Sequence record: DRR723986_4815
Length of the DNA stretch: 22,252 nucleotides
Strand: one strand, 5' to 3'
Shown piece after piece: positions 1 through 8,984 of the stretch (position 1 is the stretch's first letter; the number at the start of each line of letters is the position of its first letter). The notes beneath the pieces were generated by a model, which had not been told where the DNA came from, did not search any database, and saw only the letters and a list, made by a program, of their open reading frames with translations. A program made the position numbers and the translations under genes.

Positions 1-561
1 GTTGGGAGGCTGGTGGAAATTCTGACCAAGTCCGTGACCAACGTACTCGCGGACAACTGAGAAGCCTCGCTTGTGCGCCTCTTCAACGATCGCATCTCCA
101 ATGGCGCTGACCGTGCAGCCCGGGTGCAAGGCATCGATGCCAAGATGCATGCAGTCAAATGCGGCTTGGGTTACCGCGCGAGCTTCATCGCTGACTTCGC
201 CAATCAAGAATGTTTCGGATTGGTCACCATGCCATCCGTCCACAACACTTGTAATATCAACGTTGACGATATCACCATCAACTAGCACGGTGTTGTCGGG
301 AATGCCGTGGCAGATGACTTCGTTGACACTCGTGCAGCAACTCTTTGTGAAGCCCAGGTAGCCGAGTGTGGCGGCGGTATGGCCGTGCGACTTCGTGTAC
401 TCAACCACCAAATCGTCGATCGACTGAGTCGTAATGCCCGGCCGAATATGCTCACGAATGTGGTCCATTAGGCTGGCATTGAACTTGCCCGCCGCTCGCA
501 TGCTCTCGCGACCGCTGTGGCCGAGCAGTAGTTTTCGGCTTTTCTTTTCTTTTTGCAGCAT
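1..561 (-). CDS. map: Methionine aminopeptidase type I (partial; 3' end runs off the window)
   Basis: Manual translation from ATG at 561 gives [33 protein letters not shown]...[22 protein letters not shown]...[24 protein letters not shown]...[19 protein letters not shown]. This carries the CxSVNExICHGIP, DIVNxD, GDxSxTF and GHGxG..H MetAP motifs. The frame is open to base 1, so it is absent from the ORF track. Confidence 0.96.
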   Translation of the reverse strand, partial: MLQKEKKSRKLLLGHSGRESMRAAGKFNASLMDHIREHIRPGITTQSIDDLVVEYTKSHGHTAATLGYLGFTKSCCTSVNEVICHGIPDNTVLVDGDIVNVDITSVVDGWHGDQSETFLIGEVSDEARAVTQAAFDCMHLGIDALHPGCTVSAIGDAIVEEAHKRGFSVVREYVGHGLGQNFHQPPN

Positions 562-896
562 AGTCTTGGTCTTCTGTCGGCGGGGAAAGCCCTGCAAGCG
601 TTCGGTGCGGGCGTAACGTCGGATGCCACAGCAGTTTGAGGCGATTTCGATGCGGCCCTGCAGTATATCTCGGCACAGGACGTTTTGAAAACGCAAATCA
701 TTCCTTGGGTTTCGGTGGGAGGAGCGGCCTTTGGCACCGGTTGCATGGGGCTGGTGTGTGCGATGCGGGATTCACTGCACTGCGGTGGTAAAGCATGTCA
801 TGGGCAGCCAGGCGCTACGAGAAGCCGGCGGTGCTCAGGGCGGGAATGCTGCAAGAGTGGCAAAATTATTGTGAAAACGCGAAACTTCCGATTGGT

Positions 897-931
897 AACT
901 ATGTTTACTTTACGGTAGAGTAAAGTTAGTT
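897..931. promoter_or_regulatory. Imperfect 35-bp palindrome, probable TetR-family operator
   Basis: AACTA-TG-TTTACT-T-TAC-G-GTA-G-AGTAAA-GT-TAGTT, with 14 of 17 symmetric pairs about base 914. It is AT-rich and lies 54 bp upstream of the TetR start codon. Confidence 0.7.
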
Positions 932-984
932 GCTCGGTACGTCCGAACAATTGGCTTGAGAAACGGTCCTCGACAGGCAGGAAA

Positions 985-1707
985 ATGAACGACGCAAGGC
1001 GAGAAAAGGGCAAGGCGACGCGGCAGTTGATACTCCAACGGGCAATCGAGCTGTTTCTTAGCGAAGGTTACTCCACAACCAGTATCGACCGTGTCGCCGA
1101 GGCTGCTGGGGTGACGAAGCCGACCGTCTACAGTCATTTCCAATCCAAGACGGGGTTATTCAAGGCCGCCGTCAATGCAAGTGCTGAGCAACGTGCTGGC
1201 AAACTGGGAGAACTGTTGCGAGTCACTGATGACGCCGCGCACGACTTGGAGCGATTCGGCGAGAAGTTTCTCGGGATCGTTTTGAGTCCGGAAGCAGACT
1301 CGTGGGACCGGATCGCAGCCGCCGAAGCTCGGACGCACCCCGAGGTTGGGCGGATGTTCTACGACGCTGGGCCGAGGCGGGTAAATGAAGCACTTGCTAA
1401 CTATATGAAGCAGCAAACTGAAGCAGGGTTGTTGTCCGTCGAATCACATCAGGAGGCTGCTGAGCTATTCATTGGGATGCTTCTGGGAATCGATCTGCTA
1501 AGAACCCGCATCGGTGCGCCGCCTCCCAACAAGTCGCAGATTCAACGGAAGTGCAAGACGGCGGTTGCAGCGTTTCTCGCGGCCTTTGGTCCGGCGGCTA
1601 GTTCGCCATCTCGATCCGCCCGTCTCGGTGCAGCAGGCAGTGAAGTAAACAGTGCAGCAGACAGCGCCAACTCGAAGAAGACCACAGACGAGGAGCACAA
1701 GCAATGA
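985..1707 (+). CDS. TetR/AcrR family transcriptional regulator
   Basis: N-terminal HTH ILQRAIELFLSEGYSTTSIDRVAEAAGVTKPTVYSHFQSKTGLF; C-terminal domain with AEARTHPEVGRMFYDAGP. Its stop overlaps the next start (ATGA, 1704-1707). Confidence 0.95.
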   Translation: MNDARREKGKATRQLILQRAIELFLSEGYSTTSIDRVAEAAGVTKPTVYSHFQSKTGLFKAAVNASAEQRAGKLGELLRVTDDAAHDLERFGEKFLGIVLSPEADSWDRIAAAEARTHPEVGRMFYDAGPRRVNEALANYMKQQTEAGLLSVESHQEAAELFIGMLLGIDLLRTRIGAPPPNKSQIQRKCKTAVAAFLAAFGPAASSPSRSARLGAAGSEVNSAADSANSKKTTDEEHKQ

Positions 1708-3011
1708 GCATGCGTTTGCAATTCCTGAGATCACGCCGCTTGCTCTGGTTGCCACCAGTCTTGGTCGGCGTGGGCGTTCTCGCTTTCTTCATCAGAGGTA
1801 AACGCGAGCTGCCAAGGAAAGAGATTCAAGAGGTCGCGGTACCAATTCGTGTGATCGAAATCAAGCCAAAGGACATTGTGCCGTCGGCAACGGGTTTCGG
1901 CTCGGCAAGCCCTTCTCGAAAGTGGAGTGCCGTAGCTGAGGTATCCGGAAGAGTTGTCGAAGTGAATCCCAGGTTGGAGTCGGGCAATGTCGTCCAGGCA
2001 GGTGAGCTGCTTTTTCGAATCGATCCGGATGACTACGCTTTGCAACTGAGTCAACGCGAAAGTGATCTTGCGGTTGCAAACGCTCAGTTGGCTGAAACCA
2101 TCGCCAGCGAAACGGCTGACCAGCGATCTCTCGAGATTGAAAAGAGCCTGTTGGCGGTCAGCCAGAAAGAGCTAGACCGCCAGCTTGGTTTGCGGGGGCA
2201 GCAGATTGTTTCGGACAGTGAGCTTGAGAACGCGAGAATGAACGTGCTAAAGCAGCAACAAGCGGTCCAACGCCTCAAGAATACTCTCAGTCTGTACGTA
2301 TCAAGGAAATCGTCAGCAGAGGCGCAGGTCAGGTTGGCCGAGAGTCGCGTCAAAGAAGCCCAACGCAACTTGGAGCGTACGCAGATTACGAGCCCCTACA
2401 CTGGGACGCTCGCGGGAGTTTCGGTCGAGTTGGGACAGGTCGTTGCACCGAACCAAAATCTCTTTGAATTGCACGATACAAGCACGGTTGAGGTGGAATC
2501 ACATTTTTCGATCTCGCAACTGCAGAGGTTGCTGCCCGACGGTAAGCACTACTCGGCCAATGACCAGCTCGCAAGCTGGCTACCGAAGCTGACGGCTGTA
2601 CTGACGACAGAAAGCGGTGGATCAAAGCAGGTTTTTCGAGGCCAGCCCATTCGCATCACCGAGTCTCTGGATACTCAGACTCGAACGCTGGGCGTTGTTG
2701 TGGCCGTGCAAAACTCATCGATGCAAGCTAACGCCGCGGATGTGCTGCGGGCAGGTACATTCTGCGAAGTAGAGTTGCGCTCTGAGAGTCGAGGTGGGCG
2801 GATTGCCGTGCCGCGATTGGCTCTCGATGGTGAGGCGGTCTATGAGGTGGACGAAGACAGTCGGTTGCATCGGCGACCCGTGTCGATCGAGAGTTTCATT
2901 GGTGACACGGCGGTGATTGCTTCTGGGTTGCAGGTTGGTCAGTGGATTGCCAGCCAGCCACCCGTGCCAGCAATCGAGGGAATGCTGGTTGCCCCCGAAG
3001 AGGCTCGATAG
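1704..3011 (+). CDS. RND efflux periplasmic adaptor (membrane fusion protein)
   Basis: N-terminal TM segment, lipoyl half-motifs (AEVSGRVVEV...GNVVQAGELLFRID and ITSPYTGTL...GQVV), long alpha-hairpin, DTQTRTL motif; directly upstream of an RND permease. Confidence 0.93.
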   Translation: MSMRLQFLRSRRLLWLPPVLVGVGVLAFFIRGKRELPRKEIQEVAVPIRVIEIKPKDIVPSATGFGSASPSRKWSAVAEVSGRVVEVNPRLESGNVVQAGELLFRIDPDDYALQLSQRESDLAVANAQLAETIASETADQRSLEIEKSLLAVSQKELDRQLGLRGQQIVSDSELENARMNVLKQQQAVQRLKNTLSLYVSRKSSAEAQVRLAESRVKEAQRNLERTQITSPYTGTLAGVSVELGQVVAPNQNLFELHDTSTVEVESHFSISQLQRLLPDGKHYSANDQLASWLPKLTAVLTTESGGSKQVFRGQPIRITESLDTQTRTLGVVVAVQNSSMQANAADVLRAGTFCEVELRSESRGGRIAVPRLALDGEAVYEVDEDSRLHRRPVSIESFIGDTAVIASGLQVGQWIASQPPVPAIEGMLVAPEEAR

Positions 3012-3044
3012 TCAATTTGCTGCTGGGTAGTCAATTTGCTGCTG
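3009..3044 (+). repeat. 17-bp tandem direct repeat TAGTCAATTTGCTGCTG (period 19)
   Basis: Exact copies at 3009-3025 and 3028-3044; the first copy begins with the TAG stop of the adaptor gene. Confidence 0.9.
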
Positions 3045-3101
3045 CAACAGCCCCAGAGCGATCGTTGCGTTTTGTCTTTCAACGTTCAATAGGAGCGTGC
3101 T

Positions 3102-6100
3102 GTGATTAGTTTCTTCGCTAAGCATCCGACCGCAGCAAATCTGCTGATGATCCTCATGCTCGCAGCAGGTCTTATGAGCGTTCGCTCACTACAGCGCGAG
3201 ACCTTCCCCGATGCCTTGCCGACAATCGTTCAAGTTCAGGTTGCTTTTCCTGGTGCAACCAGCAGTGAGGTTGAGGAGACCATTGTTCAGCGACTGGAGG
3301 ATGCACTCGACGGGGTCCAGTATCTGAAGGAACTCAAGAGCACAGCCGTTCAGTCCGTTGGTACGGTGACGCTAGAGATGGAGGATTCAGGTGACTACAA
3401 CGCTTTTCGCAACGAAATCGACAACGCAGTGGCGTCCATTGATGATTTCCCCGACGACTCCGAACCGCCCATAACGAGTCGACTGAACACGCGGCAGCCG
3501 GTCCTTGATGTTTTGGTTGTTGGCCCAATGACAAGCGTTAATCTGAAGGCTTACTGCGAAAGGCTGCGTGACAGGATGGTTGCGTTGCCCGACGTCAGCG
3601 AGGTCAACGTCGATGGCTTCTCGGATCACCTTCTGCGCGTCGAGCTATCTAGGGAAGCGATGCTGCGTTATGGCTTGAGCGCAACCGACGTCAGTACGGC
3701 GATTGCATCGCAGAGTCTCGATATGCCGGCTGGCAAGATTGATTCAGAACAATCCGTTTTGGTGCGAGTTCAAGAAAGCCGCAAGACTAGCAGGGCTTTG
3801 CGGGATCTAGTGGTGACCGGACGCCGCGGTGGAGCTGAGGTTCGACTCTCGGATATTGCCACGATCAAGGATGAGTTTGAGCTCGAGGAAGACAGGGTAT
3901 CCGTTGACGGCCAGCGAGCGGCAGTCCTGCGTGTTCGCAAAACTAAGCAAGAAGACACGATTCGCGTTGCAGATGCGGTCAAGCAAGTCGTCGAGGAAGA
4001 ACGTCTGCGACAACCACAGGTGCAGCTAAGCGTGATCAACGATCAGTCGTCGTTGGTGAGAGACCGCATATCCCTTTTGCTCAAGAACGGGTGGCAAGGC
4101 TGTCTCTTGGTGTTTGCGACCATGTGGCTATTCTTCAACGCACGACTGTCTTTCTGGGTAGTCGTCAGTCTGCCCGTTTCTTTCCTTGCCGCGTTTGCGT
4201 TTGTGCCTGCCACCGGGCTGACGATCAACATGCTGACCATGATCGGCCTGCTAATGGCCTTGGGGCTGTTGATGGACGACGGGATCGTCATTGCAGAGAA
4301 CATCGCGACGCGTCGTAGCCGGGGTGAGCCGGCTATGCAGGCAGCCGTCGAGGGAGTTCGCGAGGTTGGAAGTGGCGTCTTCAGTTCATTCCTGACAACA
4401 TGTAGCGTGCTGGGACCGCTCATTTTCTTAAACGGTGACATCGGGAAAGTGCTGAGGGTGTTGCCGATGATGCTGCTGCTTGTTCTGGCAACCAGTCTGG
4501 TCGAAGCGTTCTTGATCCTGCCTTCACACCTCGGGCATTCGCTCTCCGGTGATCCAAACAAACGTTCGCGGCTGAGGCTAGCTTGTGAAGCAGTCATTGA
4601 TCGTGGCCGGGACGCTTTGACGTACGTGGTAAGAATCGCAATCCGCCTACGTTACTTGACACTTGGCACCGTCGTGATGGTCTTCATGTGCACGATTGGC
4701 CTGATCGCAGGTGGCTTCGTTCGTTTTCAGGTCTTTCCGTCTCTTGAAGGTGACACCGTCGTGTCGCGTATCCTCTTGCCGCCTGGCACGCCACTTGAAC
4801 AAACACAAGAAGTGGTCGCTCGTGTCGAACAGGCTTTGCGGGAGACGAACGAGCACTTTCGCCCTCGGCAGCCCGATCAACAGGATTTAGTGAAGACAAC
4901 ATTCGTTCGCTATAACCAAAATACAGACGCCAACGAAGTAGGTAGCCATGTAGCTACCGTACAAGCTGACTTGCTTGGCACAGAACTGCGTGATGCATCG
5001 ATGGAAGAAGTCATCGGTTACTGGGAGAACGCAGTCGGGACGATTCCGAACGTTTTGAATCTAACTTTTGATGAGCCTTCAATTGGGCCCGCAGGAAGAG
5101 ATATTGAGCTCCTTCTGCAAGGGCTGCCGCTGGCGGAGTTAGATGAGGTAGCAGAGCAATTGAAAGGTTATTTCGCAACCTACGAGGGAATCTACAGTTT
5201 GACGGACGACCTCCGCAAAGGTCAGCTCGAGGTGCTGGTTTCCCTGCGAGCCGGCGCTGTGGGGCTGGGCATGACAGCCCAAGACCTGGGACGGCAACTA
5301 AGGGGCTCATTCCAAGGGCTGTTGAGTGATCAAATCCAAGTCGGTGATGAAGCCTACGATGTTGAAGTGAGATTCGAGGAAGCGGATCGCAATAGTATCA
5401 GTGACCTGGAGAACTATCGCGTGACGCTTCCCAGTGGCCTCGCTGTACCTCTGGGCGAGGTCGCGGTGCTTCAGCAGCGGCGCGGCTGGTCGCGCATTTC
5501 GAGAACAGATGGCAAACAGTCCGTGCTGGTCGTAGGCAACGTTGATTCGACAAAGTCAAACGCTGTTGCGGCGATCAATAATATGCGTCGAGAGTTGCTT
5601 CCAGAGCTCCGGCAAGAGTATCCTGGGCTCCAGGTCACGACGAAGGGTGCGAGCGAAACCGGTGCAGAGACGGGACGGTCCATGGGCACGGCCGCTTTGG
5701 TCGGATGTTTGGGTGTGTTCGTTATTCTGTCGTTTCAATTCCGGAGCTATGTCGAGCCCATTATTGTGATGGCGGCCATCCCGTTCGCATTTGTCGGAGT
5801 CGTTTGGGGGCACTTAGCCTATGGCATTAGTCTCAGCCTCCCGAGCATGATGGGCTATGCCTCGCTTGCAGGTATCGTGGTCAATGATTCGATTCTGTTG
5901 ATCTTGTTTTTGAAGTCGCAGGCGGACGAATCCGCGGACGTGGAACAGGCTGCCGCCGAAGCCAGTCGGCTGCGTTTCCGCGCGGTCATGATTACCTCGC
6001 TGACGACAATCGCAGGCCTGATGCCACTGCTGGCGGAGCAGAGTCTGCAAGCGCAAGTGTTGATTCCAATCGCCATCAGCATCTGTTTCGGTTTGATGGC

Positions 6101-6209
6101 GTCGACGGTGCTCGTGCTGGTCGTCCTTCCACCGATGTACGTACTGCTGAGCGATTTCGGTTTGACCAGCTTCCACCCTAAGGCGTCCGGGCAAAAAACT
6201 GCCGCCTAG
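3102..6209 (+). CDS. RND efflux transporter permease (AcrB/AcrD/AcrF family)
   Basis: 1035 aa, GTG start after AGGAG RBS. N-terminus MISFFAKHPTAANLLM...ETFP; TM4 GLLMDDGIVIAENI; C-terminal RFRAVMITSLTTIAGLMPL; two large periplasmic loops. Confidence 0.96.
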   Translation: MISFFAKHPTAANLLMILMLAAGLMSVRSLQRETFPDALPTIVQVQVAFPGATSSEVEETIVQRLEDALDGVQYLKELKSTAVQSVGTVTLEMEDSGDYNAFRNEIDNAVASIDDFPDDSEPPITSRLNTRQPVLDVLVVGPMTSVNLKAYCERLRDRMVALPDVSEVNVDGFSDHLLRVELSREAMLRYGLSATDVSTAIASQSLDMPAGKIDSEQSVLVRVQESRKTSRALRDLVVTGRRGGAEVRLSDIATIKDEFELEEDRVSVDGQRAAVLRVRKTKQEDTIRVADAVKQVVEEERLRQPQVQLSVINDQSSLVRDRISLLLKNGWQGCLLVFATMWLFFNARLSFWVVVSLPVSFLAAFAFVPATGLTINMLTMIGLLMALGLLMDDGIVIAENIATRRSRGEPAMQAAVEGVREVGSGVFSSFLTTCSVLGPLIFLNGDIGKVLRVLPMMLLLVLATSLVEAFLILPSHLGHSLSGDPNKRSRLRLACEAVIDRGRDALTYVVRIAIRLRYLTLGTVVMVFMCTIGLIAGGFVRFQVFPSLEGDTVVSRILLPPGTPLEQTQEVVARVEQALRETNEHFRPRQPDQQDLVKTTFVRYNQNTDANEVGSHVATVQADLLGTELRDASMEEVIGYWENAVGTIPNVLNLTFDEPSIGPAGRDIELLLQGLPLAELDEVAEQLKGYFATYEGIYSLTDDLRKGQLEVLVSLRAGAVGLGMTAQDLGRQLRGSFQGLLSDQIQVGDEAYDVEVRFEEADRNSISDLENYRVTLPSGLAVPLGEVAVLQQRRGWSRISRTDGKQSVLVVGNVDSTKSNAVAAINNMRRELLPELRQEYPGLQVTTKGASETGAETGRSMGTAALVGCLGVFVILSFQFRSYVEPIIVMAAIPFAFVGVVWGHLAYGISLSLPSMMGYASLAGIVVNDSILLILFLKSQADESADVEQAAAEASRLRFRAVMITSLTTIAGLMPLLAEQSLQAQVLIPIAISICFGLMASTVLVLVVLPPMYVLLSDFGLTSFHPKASGQKTAA

Positions 6210-6396
6210 GTTTCGGGTCGCGGTGACTAGGCGTTCGGGATTCCGAGCCCTGAGAGTGAGCATTCATCGTTGCCGTCGTGAAAATGGCCCTGGCACGTGC
6301 AATTGTCGCTTGTGTGGCCCAGAGGTCGGTATACGATTACCGCCTGAAGGGGCCCTCTTCGGGAGGGTGTGTTTCTCGGCTCAATAGGTTCTAACG

Positions 6397-6996
6397 ATGA
6401 TGTCACTCTGCAGCCTACGGTACGTGGTCTTCACAGGTCTGATCAGTCTTTTCGCTTTCAGTGGTTCAGCGATGGCTGATCCCATTATGATCGATTTTAC
6501 GCAGCACCTGGTTCGCAGGACGACGTCAACGACGATTGACCTCGGTGACGGCCTAACACTGACGATCGACAATCCGAGTGGTCTGGACCGTTTCAACGGG
6601 TTTCACATTATCAACGTGGGTTTGCGAATTGATGGCGGTCTGTCACCGCACATTGACCTAACGTTTTCGAAGCCCGTGCAGATCAACTCTTTTACGACCG
6701 GCGAAGTGACGGGGCGTAAAGTTGGTGACTCGTTCACGCTCTCGCAAGGGGGAATCACTTCAAGCAGTGGTTCGCTGCAAGCAGACCTTGGCACCTACAA
6801 CTTCAGCAATCCTAACGCCACGTTTGCAGCCGACACTCCAATCAATTGGACGACCGCCACGCCGACCCCCATAGGGACCTACGCACTTTCGGGCATGACC
6901 GTTTTAGCTGTGCCAGAACCGGCGTTACCCCTCGTTCTGTCGGCGCTGAGCCTAGGTTTTGTGCTGCGTAGAAAACGCTCGGCGACAACGCCTTAG
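6397..6996 (+). CDS. PEP-CTERM sorting domain-containing secreted protein
   Basis: Signal peptide ending ...FSGSAMA|DP, Thr/Ser/Gly-rich beta-type body, C-terminal VPEP followed by a hydrophobic helix (ALPLVLSALSLGFVL) and basic RRKR. Confidence 0.9.
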   Translation: MMSLCSLRYVVFTGLISLFAFSGSAMADPIMIDFTQHLVRRTTSTTIDLGDGLTLTIDNPSGLDRFNGFHIINVGLRIDGGLSPHIDLTFSKPVQINSFTTGEVTGRKVGDSFTLSQGGITSSSGSLQADLGTYNFSNPNATFAADTPINWTTATPTPIGTYALSGMTVLAVPEPALPLVLSALSLGFVLRRKRSATTP

Positions 6997-7031
6997 GTGA
7001 TCTGGCGAGTTCGGTGTCGGCCTCACGGTAG

Positions 7032-7922
7032 TCATGGGTTGGTAAGCAAGATACCGATCGCGGCCAGCATGACGAGCGCTCCGATCGTGCGGACTCGCAG
7101 CGTGCGGCGATCGAGCGAAGCATCTCCAATTCCCAACGCTGCACCGGTAATCGCAATTGCGAGCAAGCTCCACAGTCCACGAGTGCTGTAGACAACGTTT
7201 GCGGTTGCGGCTTTCTGCCAGAATGCCACGCTGGCCACAATTGCGAGTGCTTGGAGTGCGAAGAAGACACCGGCTCCCCAGACAGCGAGGCTCGCTTTCT
7301 TGTTCAGTTGGAAGAGTGACTTCTCGAACAGTGGGATAAAGCTGAGTGAGAGTGTCGTGCTCATGATGAACATGATCGGCAAGAAACCACCGTTGCCCCA
7401 GGAGTCACTCCACATCTGCACGCAGACGTCAAACATCGCAAACGCACCCGCGCCAGCAGCCGCAGCTCCTACCGAATAAAGCAACGATGCTTTGGAAGTC
7501 TTGTTACTGGAGTAATTCAGTAGTGCGACAGCGACAGCGGCGAGCACACATGCGAGCCAGATCGATTGTGGTAGTTTCTCGATTCCGAGGAAGGCGATAA
7601 ACAGCGGGACGAACAAAAGCTTGACTCCGAGAACGGGAGCTGCGATCGACACCTCCCCTTTCGTGAGCGAAAGCAGCGTCAGGACTTGACCGACAATGTA
7701 GAGCGCCGCAACAACGGCTGGTTGCCACCATAATTCGATCGGTGGCAATGGGCCTGCCATGAGCCAAAATGGCTGAAACGACAATGCCGTGACTAGATTG
7801 GAAACGAAGTTCGTTCGCCAGATATCGACCTTCTCCTTAGCGGCAACTCGAAGCGCAAGGGTTGCAATCGAAAATAGGATGGCGGCCAAGAGTGGGAGAC
7901 CGAAAACACCGAAGTAATCCAA
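7032..7922 (-). CDS. EamA/DMT family transporter
   Basis: 296 aa with about 10 hydrophobic segments in two repeats, and a GEVSIAAPVLGVKLLFV...LGIEKL DMT-type motif. The TTG start is uncertain. Confidence 0.8.
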   Translation of the reverse strand: MDYFGVFGLPLLAAILFSIATLALRVAAKEKVDIWRTNFVSNLVTALSFQPFWLMAGPLPPIELWWQPAVVAALYIVGQVLTLLSLTKGEVSIAAPVLGVKLLFVPLFIAFLGIEKLPQSIWLACVLAAVAVALLNYSSNKTSKASLLYSVGAAAAGAGAFAMFDVCVQMWSDSWGNGGFLPIMFIMSTTLSLSFIPLFEKSLFQLNKKASLAVWGAGVFFALQALAIVASVAFWQKAATANVVYSTRGLWSLLAIAITGAALGIGDASLDRRTLRVRTIGALVMLAAIGILLTNP

Positions 7923-8053
7923 TGTATTCTTTCGTCGAGAGAGAACAGTATTGCGGAGCGGTCTGTGCTACGTTGCGGGGCTGCGTTGCGAAGAGTCTGC
8001 GTTGGTTCAAAAGCAACTTCGGCGGATCACGGACACGCCGCCATCCAATGCTG

Positions 8054-8896
8054 TTAGTACAACGCCATAGAGAGTTTGCGGCGGTATTCACTGGTTAGCT
8101 CATGTCCGTCTGGCAGAACGCGAAAGACTTGGATCATGAACTCGCGTGCCTGCTCGCCGACACCTTTTCGGTCCAATTCAACGGTTTCCAGCGCCGCGAT
8201 CAGTGCTGGTTCATACTCTCCCTTGGCAGCCAAGGCTTTGGCAAGTTCAAGTTTGGCACCGCAGTCCGCGGGATCGGCCGCCACGATTGCTTTGAGCGCA
8301 TCGACGTCCTGAGTCGCAGCACCAGCAACCGCAATTTGAGCCTTCACTGCCTCGGCTTCTGGTTCAAGGAATCCACGCCGCTCAAGTTTCTCGATGATAC
8401 TGCTGGCTTCTTCGCCTTGGCCGTCTTCAACCAGCAGGCGTGCAAGCAAGATTGTCGCTTCAGGCTCGATCGACTCTCCGAGTTCACGCAACTGTGCAAT
8501 CGCTGCCGTTGGATCTTCAGTTGCCTGCCGCCTGACTGCCTGTAGTTCGGCCTTGCCAAGTAAATCGTCAAGCCACTTTCGGAGTGCGTCTTCGGGCAGG
8601 ACGCCCTGAAACGAATCGACGATTTCACCATCGATTACGGCGAAGACCGCTGGTATCCCGCTGACCGAAAACTCCGATGCAGATCGTTGGTTTTGGTCGG
8701 TATTTGCCTTTACAAGGACGAACTTCCCTGCGTACTCTTCGGCCATCGACTCAAGGACAGGGGCCAGCATTCGACACGGCGCGCACCACTCGGCCCAAAA
8801 GTCGACGACGACTGGCAGGTTCTTCGATCGCTCAAATACAGCGTCTTGAAAAGTGTCGTCAGTTGCTTCTTGGACAAAAGAACTCGGGCTGGTCAT
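8054..8896 (-). CDS. cnoX: Thioredoxin-TPR chaperedoxin (CnoX/YbbN family)
   Basis: Trx domain PVVVDFWAEWCAPC...VSGIPAVF, followed by TPR-like helices and the family C-terminus YRRKLSMALY. Confidence 0.88.
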   Translation of the reverse strand: MTSPSSFVQEATDDTFQDAVFERSKNLPVVVDFWAEWCAPCRMLAPVLESMAEEYAGKFVLVKANTDQNQRSASEFSVSGIPAVFAVIDGEIVDSFQGVLPEDALRKWLDDLLGKAELQAVRRQATEDPTAAIAQLRELGESIEPEATILLARLLVEDGQGEEASSIIEKLERRGFLEPEAEAVKAQIAVAGAATQDVDALKAIVAADPADCGAKLELAKALAAKGEYEPALIAALETVELDRKGVGEQAREFMIQVFRVLPDGHELTSEYRRKLSMALY

Positions 8897-8984
8897 TTCA
8901 GTCTAAATTCGCTGTAAAGAAAGCTGCACAGAAAATCGTGGCAAGAACATGGCTTAAACTGCACGCGAAGTCGCAGTGGGAATC

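Noticed and set aside
732-745. TGGCAC...TTGC resembling a sigma54 promoter
   Set aside because: Only 3 nt separate TGGCAC and TTGC; the strict GG-N10-GC spacing is not met.
71-918. Short ORFs in the track (71-361, 73-285, 434-616, 452-676, 468-746, 685-918)
   Set aside because: They are antisense or off-frame shadows of map, or lie in the divergent promoter region, and have no recognisable motifs.
6291-6306. TGGCACG upstream of the PEP-CTERM gene as a sigma54 -24 box
   Set aside because: GG-N10 is followed by TG rather than GC, so the -12 element is missing.
6346-6367. Small hairpin CCCTC-TTCGG-GAGGG as a riboswitch or terminator
   Set aside because: Only a 5-bp stem with no recognisable riboswitch consensus and no strong U-tract; insufficient support.
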